A stretch of 60,000 bases of DNA from assembly GCA_013265495.1 (NCBI GenBank), contig MU058059.1:2829502-2889501 (forward strand). Direction: 5' to 3'. The notes beneath the pieces were generated by a model that did not search any database, was not told the DNA's origin, and saw only the letters and a list, made by a program, of their open reading frames with translations. This stretch comes from Vicugna vicugna (Eukaryota). The number at the start of each line of letters is the position of its first letter. Within the stretch, counting starts at the first letter, position 1. This document shows positions 48,678 through 60,000 of the stretch, piece by piece. A program made the translations under genes and the position numbers.

Positions 48678-51179
48678 GGGTGAACAGGCAAGTGAAAAAC
48701 TACGTTTGCCAGCTTCCTTTGTAGTAAGATATCACCAAGGGGTCAGTGAGATATAGGAGGAAGCGCTGTGTGGGACTTCCAGAAACAATTCCTAGAAGGG
48801 AGAGTTCCCCTCTTCCTCAGTATTGTTGCCTGAAATATGAATACAATGGCTGGAACTGCAACAGCCACGTTGTACCATGAGGTCAAGGCGCACTAGATGG
48901 TCCCTGATGGCTTGAAGCTGTCGAACTAATGTAGATTATTTAACCCCAGAGCAAAAATATACTTCTGACTTTTTTAAGCCACTTTTTATCTGGAGGTTTT
49001 CTGTTCTATGTAGCAACATCTGATCCTAATTGTGGGACCCAGATGACAGTAAATTCCTCATCAAGCAGACACGTGATATTTGCTACTCAGTACCACAGTG
49101 GCTTACAGATGTTGCTGCTCAGCTACATTGTGCTCTTCCTTATATGGGCTATAGCTGCCTACACATACCTCACCATCCTCAAACTTGCCTTCCCATGAAG
49201 TGGCCACTAATAATTTTTCCTCAGTGTTAACATTTGGCAAATCATTAAAGTCTCCCACACGCCCTGAATCCTCTGGAAGTTTCACACCACAGCAGCTGGC
49301 TGGTGCATTCTGTTGTTGAATGATGTCCTTATGGCAGGAGCTAAGCCTAGACTCAGCTCACCAAGCGTCTGTGTGGGGAGGAGGGCTCGGCAGGGATGAT
49401 CAGCTCAGGGAACTTAGGGACAAGCTCCAGTTAAAAAAGACTAGGGGAGAAGGAAATGTCTGTTAAATGATTGAAAACAGTGATGCAAATGAACACCTTT
49501 TCCTGTCCAATTTTACAGGCTGTGCTATTTCAGGACCAGGACACAGACTGTAGCATCTTATTTTTAAACAATTGGTTAATGAAACAAAAGTGTAGCCTGT
49601 TTATCAGGTAATTGAGAGATTGATGTTTTTCTGAATTAAGCTAATTAACCAGCTGTAAGTCATCATAAGCATGACCTCTAAACTGACTAAATAAACCTCT
49701 GATGTAAAAGTAGACAACTTCTCTGCTGAGTAGTTGCAGGAATCACCCTCAGGGACAGACACCTACTCGTGAAGTGTGCCAACGCGTCATTCCAGGACAG
49801 CGGTTTTTGAAATTTTGTATCTAATGCCTTGGAATGGTTCTAACTCTATTAGGGGAGGAAATAGAAGAGGGGACTGCCTTTCTGTTCTTGTTGGTCAGGC
49901 TAGTTTAATCTTCTGGTCAATTATAAAAAAAGTTTTTTGCTATTTTAATGAAATGAAAATGAAGACCATCTGTGTGAATCTGAGTAGAATTACAACAGTG
50001 TGCTTCAAATGTAGAGTATCAGAAAAGTATGCATTTGAAGCCAGAATAAATGCTTATGATTACAAAGAAAACGCGCTGTGCTTTGGTGGCTTTCAGAGGC
50101 AGCCGAAACATTTTTGAGGTATTGCTTGTTTGCATTGATTCCTGAGTGGAATTAATATCCCCTGCCTTTCCTGTCTTGCTGTGGGCATGCCCTGCTGTCT
50201 CATTTGCAGTTTCTTAATTGCGATCAATTCTCTCCCTTTGCACAGGGCAGGGTCTTTGCCGCCAAGGAACTGCCAAGGTCGAAGGTGGTGTAGACCCATG
50301 TTAATCATCACCCCCTCCCGCTTCCCAGCACTGTTGCACAGTTTGCTGAGCTAGGTTAAGATGTCTTCTCTAACAGAGGGGACAAGTCCTTCATATGTGT
50401 AGAAGAAACGTCTATTTTTCTACTTTGGTATTTACTTCTCTAGCAGAATTTTGCATAGACATAATTTTTTCTACTTATTTTTACAAATAATCACATCTGC
50501 TTATAAATCACTATTTGATCCTTGGAGTCTTTTAAAAGTAATTAGTATTATAAATAATATTGTTAGAAAGAAAATTATAAATTACGAGTGTCAGTTAAAA
50601 GTTTTTCCCTGTGGCTGCTTTCTTTCAGAGTTAGATTTTGGATTATAAAGTTTTATCGACAGTGAGTTTAACATAAAGGTAAAATTTTAAAGGTATTTTT
50701 AGAAATTTAATGAAAATAAAGCAGCAGCCCTTTGGGAGTGTAACAGGTCTATGCTCATACTCAGCAAGTCGGAAGCCCGGCTTATGGACAACCCCTTGGA
50801 TTAGAAGCCAGGAGAACTGTGTTTCCTGTTTCAGCCCTCCTTGGAATGAGTGCCAGCCCACCAGCAACACGCCTTCAGGCCTCATCTCTTTCCCCAGGTG
50901 GAACCAAATCTCACCTCATCTCTGTGGCTAATGCCCCTATGCACTGACAGGGCTGGCAAGACCAGACACCCCAGTGAACACACTGAGTGCCCATATCTTG
51001 GTTTCTAAATACCATTTTCCGCTACAAAGAATCAGAGAACCTTGGAAAGGGGGCTGATTCTGGGGCTGGGGCAGGGAAAGTCCGAGATAGCCTGGCATCT
51101 CTTCTTGTGACAGACAGTAGGGCAGCACCCAAAGAAGGAGAGGACCTATCACGTGGACACAGACGCCAGCTTCAAAGGG

Positions 51180-52380
51180 CTTCCCCACCAGATCTGGAGC
51201 AATTTTGAGCACAGAATCTGATAATAACAGAAACAGATGATAACCTATTGGATAGAAGTGGAATCCCCAAGTCCACGTGGATAGAAATAAGAAAATAAAC
51301 CAGTAGGAACAAAATATTTACATGGTATCCAAAACTTTCCCTCCAAAATACATGTTATTTACTGAGGGAAAAAAGAGTAACTTTCGAGAGGGGGAACTGA
51401 GCAGATACCAACTTAGTGGAGGGACCAAAGCAAACCTCACCAGTAACAAGAGACCCTGAAATGTGCTGCATGAAATGACGCAGTGAGAACGTAGCCTCTC
51501 TCCGGGAAGTTCCTGCAGAGATGCGTCCTCTGAACTTAACTCTGAGAAAACGTCAGGCCAGCGGTTGGCGGAGGTCATCAAGAGGCCGTGACCCAGGCGA
51601 TCGGAAACCCCTTCCCCTCCCTGTCCGTGGAATGGACGTTCCACCCACTGTTCCCGACCAGGAGCCACTTCAAGGGTGCAGCCTGGAAGGAGTACTGTGT
51701 TACTGAGACCATCTGAACAGTGTGTGTGACAGAGCAGCACCGAGACCCCTAGAGAAGCCTGTAAGGTTCTGGCCGGTGAATGCAAAGATCCACTCATCCT
51801 GCAACTGCCCAGGACTAGCCTGGTACAAACATTCCCTTGCTATTTAAACCTACCGCCTACCAACCTGAAATGAGTGGGCTGCCCTTTCTCTGGTCTTTCC
51901 TGACCTTCTATATGAGGGACCCAGTTTCATACTTCACCTGGGGAACTCCTGAGGTCGGGAACCAACACCAGCCCAAACTGAGGGACGTTCTGTTCAATAA
52001 TGAGCCTGTAATCTTCAAAAGTCGAGTCCTGAAAAGCAAGAAAAGACTGAAATTATTCGAGACTGAACAGAATGTACAGCTGCTTGCAGTGCAGGCCTTC
52101 AGATTGGATCCTTTTACTCTGGAGGACACTGTGAGGACAAGTGGTGAAATCTAGAGCGGGCTGGGGGTTAGGTGGTAATAATGTTCCACGTTGATTTCCT
52201 GGTTCACGTGGTGGCAGTGTGGTCATGCAGGAGTCGCCCTTGGAGCAACTGCATCTGAAGAATTTGGGGAGAAATGGGACATCATGTGGGCAGATTCTTA
52301 TCAGATGGTTTAGGGAAACATAGTTCTGTACAGCACTTACCGCTTTTCTCTAAGTTTGAGATAGTTTCAAACTTAAAATA
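51180..52380 (+). mobile_element. L1MC-type 3' end, interrupted by an LTR-like insert (about 51600-51955)
   Basis: 'gggaaaaaagagtaacttt...acctcaccagtaa' and 'cccaaactgagggacgttct...taagtttgagatagtttcaaa'. Confidence 0.75.
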
Positions 52381-52388
52381 ACAATAAT

Positions 52389-52546
52389 GGGGGGAGGGAA
52401 TAGCTCCGTGGTGGAGCACATGCTTGGCATGCACAAGGTCCTGGGTTCCATCCCCAGGACCTCCATTAAAATAACTAAGTAAATAAATAAACCTAATTAC
52501 CTCTGCCCTCAAACAAAAATAAAAATGAAAAATTTTTTAATTTTAA
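52389..52546 (+). mobile_element. tRNA-derived SINE (vic-1-like), full length
   Basis: 'ggggagggaatagctccgtggtggagc...gggttccatcccc...aaacctaattacctc'. TSD aaaataacaataatg / aaaataacagtaatg. Confidence 0.93.
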
Positions 52547-54269
52547 AAAATAACAGTAATGAAAGAAATAGATGAGGAAAAGGCAACAGGAACATGGCTC
52601 ACTTAGAACAATGGGATGAATTAGCAGATCAGAGTCATCTAAGATGGTCAGAGGATGATCTTCCAGTTGCGTCAACGGGGATAACTAAAAGGATGTTTCC
52701 TTTTGGGAAAAGGGATTGGGACAGTTAATACGTTACCTAGTTTGAAGTAGAGGAATTATAATGGTACTATTATATATTCCTTATAGAATAATACAAGGAG
52801 AAAGTGAAATAATTATACAAAAGAAGTGAAACTGGATGTACAGACAGAGGACAATAAAATACCATTGCTTTCCATAGGGGAAAAAACACATTTAGAAAGG
52901 CACATGAAACGCGGCGTAGATGTTAATGGCAGCCTTGATGGGCTGGGAATCTGCTGCATAAAGAAGGGAGAAGTCCCTGGGATTGAGGAGCAGAAAGGAG
53001 ACATGTGGGGGGTGGTAGCAGGGGGAGCGAGCACGGGGGTGGAGAGTACCTGGCAGAGCTGGGCGGTGGTTTGCATTCTTGTGACCCTGGCAGTGAGGTC
53101 AGCCAGGAGCAGACACAGCTGGGGTTTGACGCCATGAAACACTGTGAGTCAGAGTTTAAATGGGACCTGGCTATGGGGCCCTCTTATTATGTCAGTGGGC
53201 GCTAACGCAGGGAGCCACAGAAATCCAGGTAAACATCGTCCCAGGCGGGGCCACGCTGGGTCTGGTTAACGCCACCAGGGCAACATCTGGGGAGGAGTTC
53301 AGTAGGAGCCTGTCCCTTAGGTGAAGGAGGTGACTTACTGAAGCTGTGAGCCTGAGGGAGCTACTGGGGTCTGCTCTCTGCACGTGCATCTGGTCCCGCC
53401 TGTTCTAATCCCTGGCATCATCATCTCAAGGGAAACCTGGTCTGGGTTAAGGCCAAGGTGCACGCTCTGGGGGCCCAGGTCTTGTCCTGGGTCCAGAGCA
53501 ATGCAGGCAGCCACTCGCCTCCCTCCAGGCCCTGCAGAGGGCTGGTCCCAGCAGAGGGAGAGCTGACCACCACCCCCCGACATCCCCTTAACTGGTGGAA
53601 GCAGCTGCAGATGACTTCATCTTTTTTAGTCACATCCTTTCCCCTGCAGTTACATGTACAGCCCCATCCATCTTCTCTTTGTAGCTCTGATTTGATGTTC
53701 CACAAATTCTCTGAACTCTGTGTCCTCCTGTTAGGATGTTTGCTGTACAGTGTTCCAATTACTTGAGAGTAGGTGACCCTGCCTCTCAGGCAGGAATATC
53801 TTCACACTGTTTTTCCTAAATTAGAAAACTATTTACACCTCATTTATGGTGAGATAGGAGATCCCACCAAGCAAAGCAATTTTCTACTAAACATTATTTA
53901 CCATTTTCTGTGAGAATTTTGACATGCTGGGATAAGCACAATTTAAATTTATTCAGAGACCACATTTAATGCTCAGCACATTGAAAACATCTAAAAAGAT
54001 CTCTTTTATATTCCGCTCTTCTGTCAACATTTTTGACCTGGAATGTCAGCGCTTGACACCTGATTCTGTGTAACTGACAGATCTAGAGCACACTTGGCAG
54101 TCGTGACCCTGCCTTTCTAGCCAAGCCGGCAGCAGCATAGAGCAGTCGGGGTTCTCTGCACATCCACTTGTTACACTCCATCAACATTTGTGCACAATGC
54201 TCCCTAACAGACAGGGAGCCCGCAGTTTTGAAAGCATTCAAAACGTTATAATCCGTCACACACACACAC

Positions 54270-54890
54270 AACCCTGTTGAACTAACAATTCAGCAAAGTT
54301 GCCGGGTGTGGAATTGACAGGCAGAAATGAGCTGTATCTCTGTGTACTAGCAACAGTGTTCTTACCCCAAAAGAGGGTAAATACATGAGGTGATGAGTGT
54401 GTTAATTATCTCAGTGGTGGGACTCCTTCCACAATGTATCAATATAGCAAATCACTGCCTTGTGCCCTTTAAATATGTCATGAAGTATTGGTCAATGATA
54501 CCTCAATTAAGCTCGAAAAATTAAAGCTGAAGATGAAGGGGATGCTGACACCAGCCAGGGCTGGATGAACCCTGAGGCCATCATGCTAAGTGAAACGAGT
54601 CACAAAGGGACAGATACTGTATGGTTCCATTTACATGAGGTCCCTGGAGTATTACATTCCTAGAGACAGAAAGTAAGACAGTGGGGGCCAGGGGCTGGGG
54701 GAGGGGGGGTTGTTTAATGGGGACAGAGTTTCAGTTTTTCGAGATGAAATGTCCTGGAGACGGATGGTGGTAATGGTTGCACAACGATGCGAATGTTAAG
54801 TAATGCCGTTGAACTGTACACTTAAAAATGGTTAAGATGATAATGTTTAGGTTATGTGTATTTAATCACAACTGAAGAATTTTAAAGTTA
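54270..54890 (+). mobile_element. L1MA/MB 3' fragments
   Basis: 'ggatgaaccctgaggccatcatgctaagtgaa...acagagtttcagttt...gaactgtacacttaaaaatggtt'. Confidence 0.88.
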
Positions 54891-54957
54891 CATTCCTTCT
54901 AAACTAGAGTTCCTTAACATGATTTTGCCTGAGGTCATGTTTATAATAAAACCAATG

Positions 54958-55075
54958 AGGTGAGGGTGGAGCATGTGCTTGGCATGTATGAGGTCCTGGG
55001 TTCAATCCCCAGTGCCTCCATTTGAAAAATAAACCTAATTACCTCCCCCCAAAATAAATTAACTTTTTAAAAAAA
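54958..55075 (+). mobile_element. tRNA-derived SINE (vic-1-like), 5' part deleted
   Basis: 'gaggtcctgggttcaatccccagtgcctccattt...aaacctaattacctcccccc'. Confidence 0.9.
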
Positions 55076-57676
55076 GGTCAGAATATGGATTCCACAAGGA
55101 TTTGTTCAGAGACTTCAGAGAGAGCCACCCATGTGCTTTAAGTCCCAGCCCTCAGGGGAGGGGCAGGGGCCACTGGACCTCAAGGGAGTCATTAAAGGGG
55201 CCACAGGGAGAGCTGGTTACATGCAGTGGGGGCCCCAGAAAGAGGTGTCTGATTCCCACCTGAGACATCGGAAGGTGGGGGAGATACCGAGCCTCTGCTA
55301 ACAGCACAGCGGGGAGGGGTGGCCAAGTGGGAAGGCGGCACCCCCAGGACGCTGCGGGAAAGGGGCACGAGTGCTTCCTGTGGGCCAGACGTGGGCCCAC
55401 CTAAGAGAAAGCCATTGTGGGTCACATCTCAGACGTCCAGAGAGGCCACCTGGATCAGCAAAGAGCCGCAGGTAGCACTGCCCTCCTGTGGCTCTGGGAG
55501 AAACACACACAGTGAGCCAGAAGGACTCTGGCTCTCCTCCCCTCAGCCGCACTCTAGAACAGACAGGTGTTCCGGGACCCTCAGGATGACCTGTGCCAGG
55601 GAAGAACAGAGCTGACCCCATCCTGCACCTGTTTCTTTTACTCTAACCCCTGGATTCTGTTGCTTTTGCTACAAGTTGATCACTCAAGGGAGGTTGCCTG
55701 TGAGCTTAAGTGATCCATAGTGGCCCAGCCCGGGAACCCTGTCTCCCAGGCATGAGCCTTAAGCTAAAACACCTTTCACAGCTCCCGGGAAACATCCTGA
55801 CCAGGCCCACCTGTGAGTGGCTGCGGGAAGGAAGACACGAGCTGGAGGCTGACGGGAACCAGGAAGTGTTGACTTCACTTCTGCCCTTTTCCATATCAAA
55901 GAAGCCTCAATTCTAACTCAGGTGAGGTGGTTGTCTGGGACACTGGCCCACCATCTTCTCGGTCTGCGAGCTTTCTGAATTGTCACTATTCCTTGCCCCC
56001 ACAGCTGTCTCTCGACTTATTGGCCTGCTGGGCAGCAAGCAGTGTGAACAGAAGCCCACGTGGGCGCTGCCCGCTCGTGTGGGTGGGCGCAGGGGGAGAG
56101 AGAGAGAGAGAATAGGTTTAGGCATCTGCCAGCACCAGAGGGTAGGAAGTCAGCTCAGGGCCGAGTCAGCTTAGTCCTGATTATTCCTTGTCTTGCTTCC
56201 CCGGAATGCCGAGGAACCTCTAGCCCCACAGTGGTCAGAAACACGCTCAGCAAACTGGAGGCATCTGGGAAGAAACGGAACATTGGATGGAGGATGAGAG
56301 AAATGCCCTCTCCCTGGCAGCAAGCTTCCCACCTGGCAGAGGAGAGACACCTCAGTCACATCGAGCTTGAGTCTAGAAAACTGCGGGCACTGAAAATGGT
56401 GGTTGCTGTATTGTGACGATTTATGAGACTTAGGAGCGACTTCCAGAAGTCATGGAGCTGCTTGAGTTTTTATCCAGGTACAGATAAAAACCAGCCCCAC
56501 TGAATGAATTTAAACGAACACTGACATAAAATAAAGTCATTTCATGGTAGCAAGCCATGAGTGATGTCTGTTCAGTGAACAAACTACAAGTGTGCAGAAA
56601 ACAAATAAAACTTTGAAAAATGGGATGTCTCTTGAAATACCTATCTTACTAATTTTTAAACAGGTTGCTTTTTCAGATTATAACAGTAGACTCATGAGAA
56701 TTTAGAAAAAAATGAAATATTAAAAGAAAAGTTTTAATAAAATAAATTTTATATTATCATTATAAAATAAAATAATTTGTATAATGGAAACTTGTGATAA
56801 AATACCCACATTATCCGATCCCTATTTCTTACAGTCTGAACATAAAGTGCCCTTTCCCAGTGGAAAAACAAAATGGTATTCAAATGTTCCAACCATTATC
56901 TTTGACAGTGTGATTATAGGTTTTTCCCCTCTTCGCTGCCTGTTTGTGGAAGCAGACAGCTGTAATTTTGTCTCCCCAGCTCGCTGCCCACGCCACCTGT
57001 CTGCACTTTGCTGGAAGCAGCCTCCCCCGACCATGAATCTGGTCCCCTCAGAGCTGCCACGCTCCCAGGTGACGCATTTGTTACTCTTCACATCTAAAGA
57101 TGGAGAACCAGCAAGCCAGCACCTGTGGATCTGGCAGTGGAACAAAGGCATGTAAGTTTATACTCTTTCTTTCCGGGAGTGGCAGATAGCAGCCCTTTCC
57201 TCTTCTGGGAACTGGGAAACAGAGTGAGATAAGAGAGAAACACTCAGGCCCACACTCGGAGAGGGGCGGAGATGAGGGGGAGAAAGTCCTGCTGGCCTTT
57301 GAGTCACGCCCGAGGTCCACGTGGCCTTTCTGTCTGTGGCTTCTGTGTGAGGGGCCCCAACCTGAAAATCAGTTCCTCTTCTTTGCTAGAGCTCTCATTG
57401 TTAAATGTCTGTAATCTGAAAGTAAACACATTCATTAATATCTTTACGTGTTCTAATTTTCCTTTTTTGAAGAGATGCATATATACTTAACTAAAATTTC
57501 CTGAGGACATAGGACTGTCCTAATTTACGTGTGGGATCTGCGTCCACGCTAAGGGGACACGGAGAAGAGCACACTGGATGTTTCCCTTCTGCCCCCATGT
57601 GTGCGTTCTGTCTGTGCTTAAAACAAAGTAGCAGTATTTAAAAGGGGAGAAAATCACACAATGACAGGTGAGGGGC

Positions 57677-57896
57677 TGTGTGTGTGCCTGTGTGTACATT
57701 TGTGTGTGTGCACATGTGTGATCACGTGTGTGCATATGTGTGATCACGTGTGTGTGATTGTACGTGTGTTGTGTGCGCATATGTATGTGATTGTGCATGT
57801 GCATGTGATCTCGTATGTATGTGATCATGTATGTGTGTGTAGTTGTGTATGTGTGTGACTGTGCACGTGTGTGTGAGTGTGTGCATGTGTGTGTGT
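57677..57896. repeat. degenerate (TG/CA)n low-complexity tract, about 220 bp
   Basis: Near-continuous purine/pyrimidine alternation with an internal 22-bp repeat containing gtgtgatcacgtgtgtg. Confidence 0.95.
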
Positions 57897-58831
57897 AAGA
57901 AGGTCAGTCCTGCCCTCTCCCTGGGTACAGTTGAAGTCATCACCAACTTCTTACATGTCTAGCAGTGTCCTGGCTTCTGGATAAGCTGCTGGCGCCATGT
58001 CCCTTCCATTACACGCCACTGTCCACTGACCAGCTAGGAGGAGGGGTACAAGAAGTGTGGTCCCGCCCCAGAGGGCCATCTTGCGCTGGCCTTGTCTGGT
58101 GGTTACACTCTCTCCTCTAAGGTGCGTCACTCCCCAGGCTGCCTGCCTCGCCCGACCCCAGATATGAGGGTCACTCCTCACGGACATCTCGAGTGGATGG
58201 GGAGGGAGGGACTCCCACCCCAACACGTCCCACCAGCCGCGGTTCTTTTATACCAACTGACACTTGACCCAACTGCGTTAGTCAGGTGTCCTCTTCTGGG
58301 GACTCCAAAGAGTTGGTCAAGGCCTGGAGCTGAGAGCAGTCACCTGGAATCAAGACCACTTTGGTCATGTGTGCCCCACGTCAGAGGAAGACATCTGTCT
58401 GCAGACACGGGGCACGAGGCAGCTGGGCCCAAAAACTGCTCTGTGATTTTCCAGAACGGGAGGACCAGAAATGGAACGACTGCCTTCACACCTGAGTGTG
58501 AAACAACAATCCCCAAGTGCCTCTCTGGGCTCCGATTTTGAACTGAGCTCAGCTCTCCTGGAAGCATCTTCTTCCAGCTGAAATCTGTCTTCGACTTCCA
58601 TCAAATATGCCAAGTCCAAAATTCTGTCATCAGTGTTGCTGCATCACTGGGGCCTTTTCCGGAGACCTTCGGAGGTCACCCTGTGGTTCTCACTTTCCGG
58701 ACTTTGTGATGTTAGATGCATTGTCCGTCCTGGTGAGATTCTTGACTTTCTCAAGGGAGAATGGAGGATAGTTTTGGGGTAAAGGAGTGCAGGGGATTCT
58801 AGGGATTTCAGCGTCAAGCAGGAAATAGATG

Positions 58832-58850
58832 TGGCCACCAGGTGGCAGTA
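58832..58850 (+). promoter_or_regulatory. CTCF motif
   Basis: TGGCCACCAGGTGGCAGTA, near consensus. Confidence 0.7.
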
Positions 58851-60000
58851 GCGCACACAGACGTCATCAGGTCGGCTTTGACAGGTTTGCATCTCCTCCT
58901 CCCAGGGGCAGGAGACCATCCAAAGGATGCTGTGTGGGAGACCACAGCTCCAAAGAGGACAAGGGCAGGGGACTCTCCCATCCCAGGGAGAGAGAGGTCA
59001 GAGATGGGGTTTACATGACAGGCGATGTCTCTGGGCTGAGTCTCTGGACCAGAGAGCTCCAAAGAGTGCAGTGGCTTTATCTTACCTATACCTAGCAGAT
59101 GGTAGGCACGCTTTCTCAGGGTATGCCAGGCAGGCAAGCTCTAAACGGTTAAAAATCTGCTTGCTGGGGCTGTGTTTAGAGCAACTGGATGTCTGAAAAT
59201 CTGAGTTTGTTTTCAGCAGACTTTGGAGCTAACACATCTCAGCCTGCTGTGAAGAAAGAAACCATCTGGGGCCAACATACAGAGGTCATCTGTGGCCCAC
59301 TCAGGTAACCAGGAGGCAGGGGATGCTGGAAAGAAGAAAGAAAAGGTAGGTAGGGCTTACACATTTCATTCTTTTAAAAAGAAAAGCCAGTAATTCATGA
59401 AAAACGAGAGACTGTTACGAAGCTTCTGATGAAATAAAGGAACGGATTCAGATGGTGAAAACTCCCTCGGTGGAGCTGAACTTCACCAATCAACCAACTT
59501 TGAATATTAGCCACATTTATTTCCTTTGAAGAAAAAGACTCACATGCAAAACATTTGACCGAAAGGTAGTTCCTTTGAAAGTACCCACGTAAGATTTTCT
59601 CCAAAAGCATCGTGTGTGGGTGCATGCTTTTTTTCTTCATGATTCAGAGTGGAAGATGAGGATGGTGCCTGCGAGCTTTCCTCTATAATGTCGCATCTGT
59701 AAGGATGTGGTCCTACATATTCTTAGGATACTTTCAGCTCCAGAATGGAAAGGCCTGACTCAACATGCTTCAACAAGGTAACTTATTCTTTACATGGTAA
59801 GATGTCCCCAGATAGGGGGTCTCCATGGTTGGTTAATTTAGTGACTACACAGCCACATCAAAGCCTACAACACCTACGACCTGTCAGCTCGCTCTCAAGG
59901 CTGCAGTGTGACAGCAGCAACTATAAGCAGCTGCAAGCATCACACCTGCACACGCCCCCTTTCTGACAGAAAAGGGACTGTTTCATCCTTGGGTCTTCTT

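Noticed and set aside
58365..58640. Acidic minus-strand ORF (DLAYLMEVEDRFQLEEDASRR...)
   Set aside because: No known protein match or splice context. The texture resembles an old L2-type remnant.

Overview
Mammalian, GC-rich, repeat-dense non-coding DNA, most likely camelid: it carries at least seven copies of a tRNA-derived SINE with the tail 'CCTCCATTAAAA...AAACCTAATTACCTCCCCCC', which resembles the camelid vic-1 family. I can support no intact protein-coding gene, and the supplied ORFs are chance or repeat-derived. The one clearly recognisable gene-derived segment is a decayed, 5'-truncated, minus-strand retrocopy of CBLB at about 15411-16415 (proline-rich tail, UBA domain, 3'UTR and A-tail), inserted into an old HAL1/L1-like element. 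The ORF track hides it because frameshifts split it across frames. Next to it lie a CpG island that appears to have arisen by GC-biased substitution of repeat DNA and a near-perfect 214-bp tandem duplication. Other items are a CpG-island promoter candidate with an RFX X-box and divergent splice donors (about 22.6-23.7 kb), a 121-bp non-tandem local duplication (44.9/45.7 kb), strong CTCF motifs, several AT-rich enhancer-like blocks, and many L1, MaLR, ERV-LTR, MER and MIR remnants. I found no convincing new biological system. Repeat-family names and the CBLB comparison are from memory and need database confirmation.
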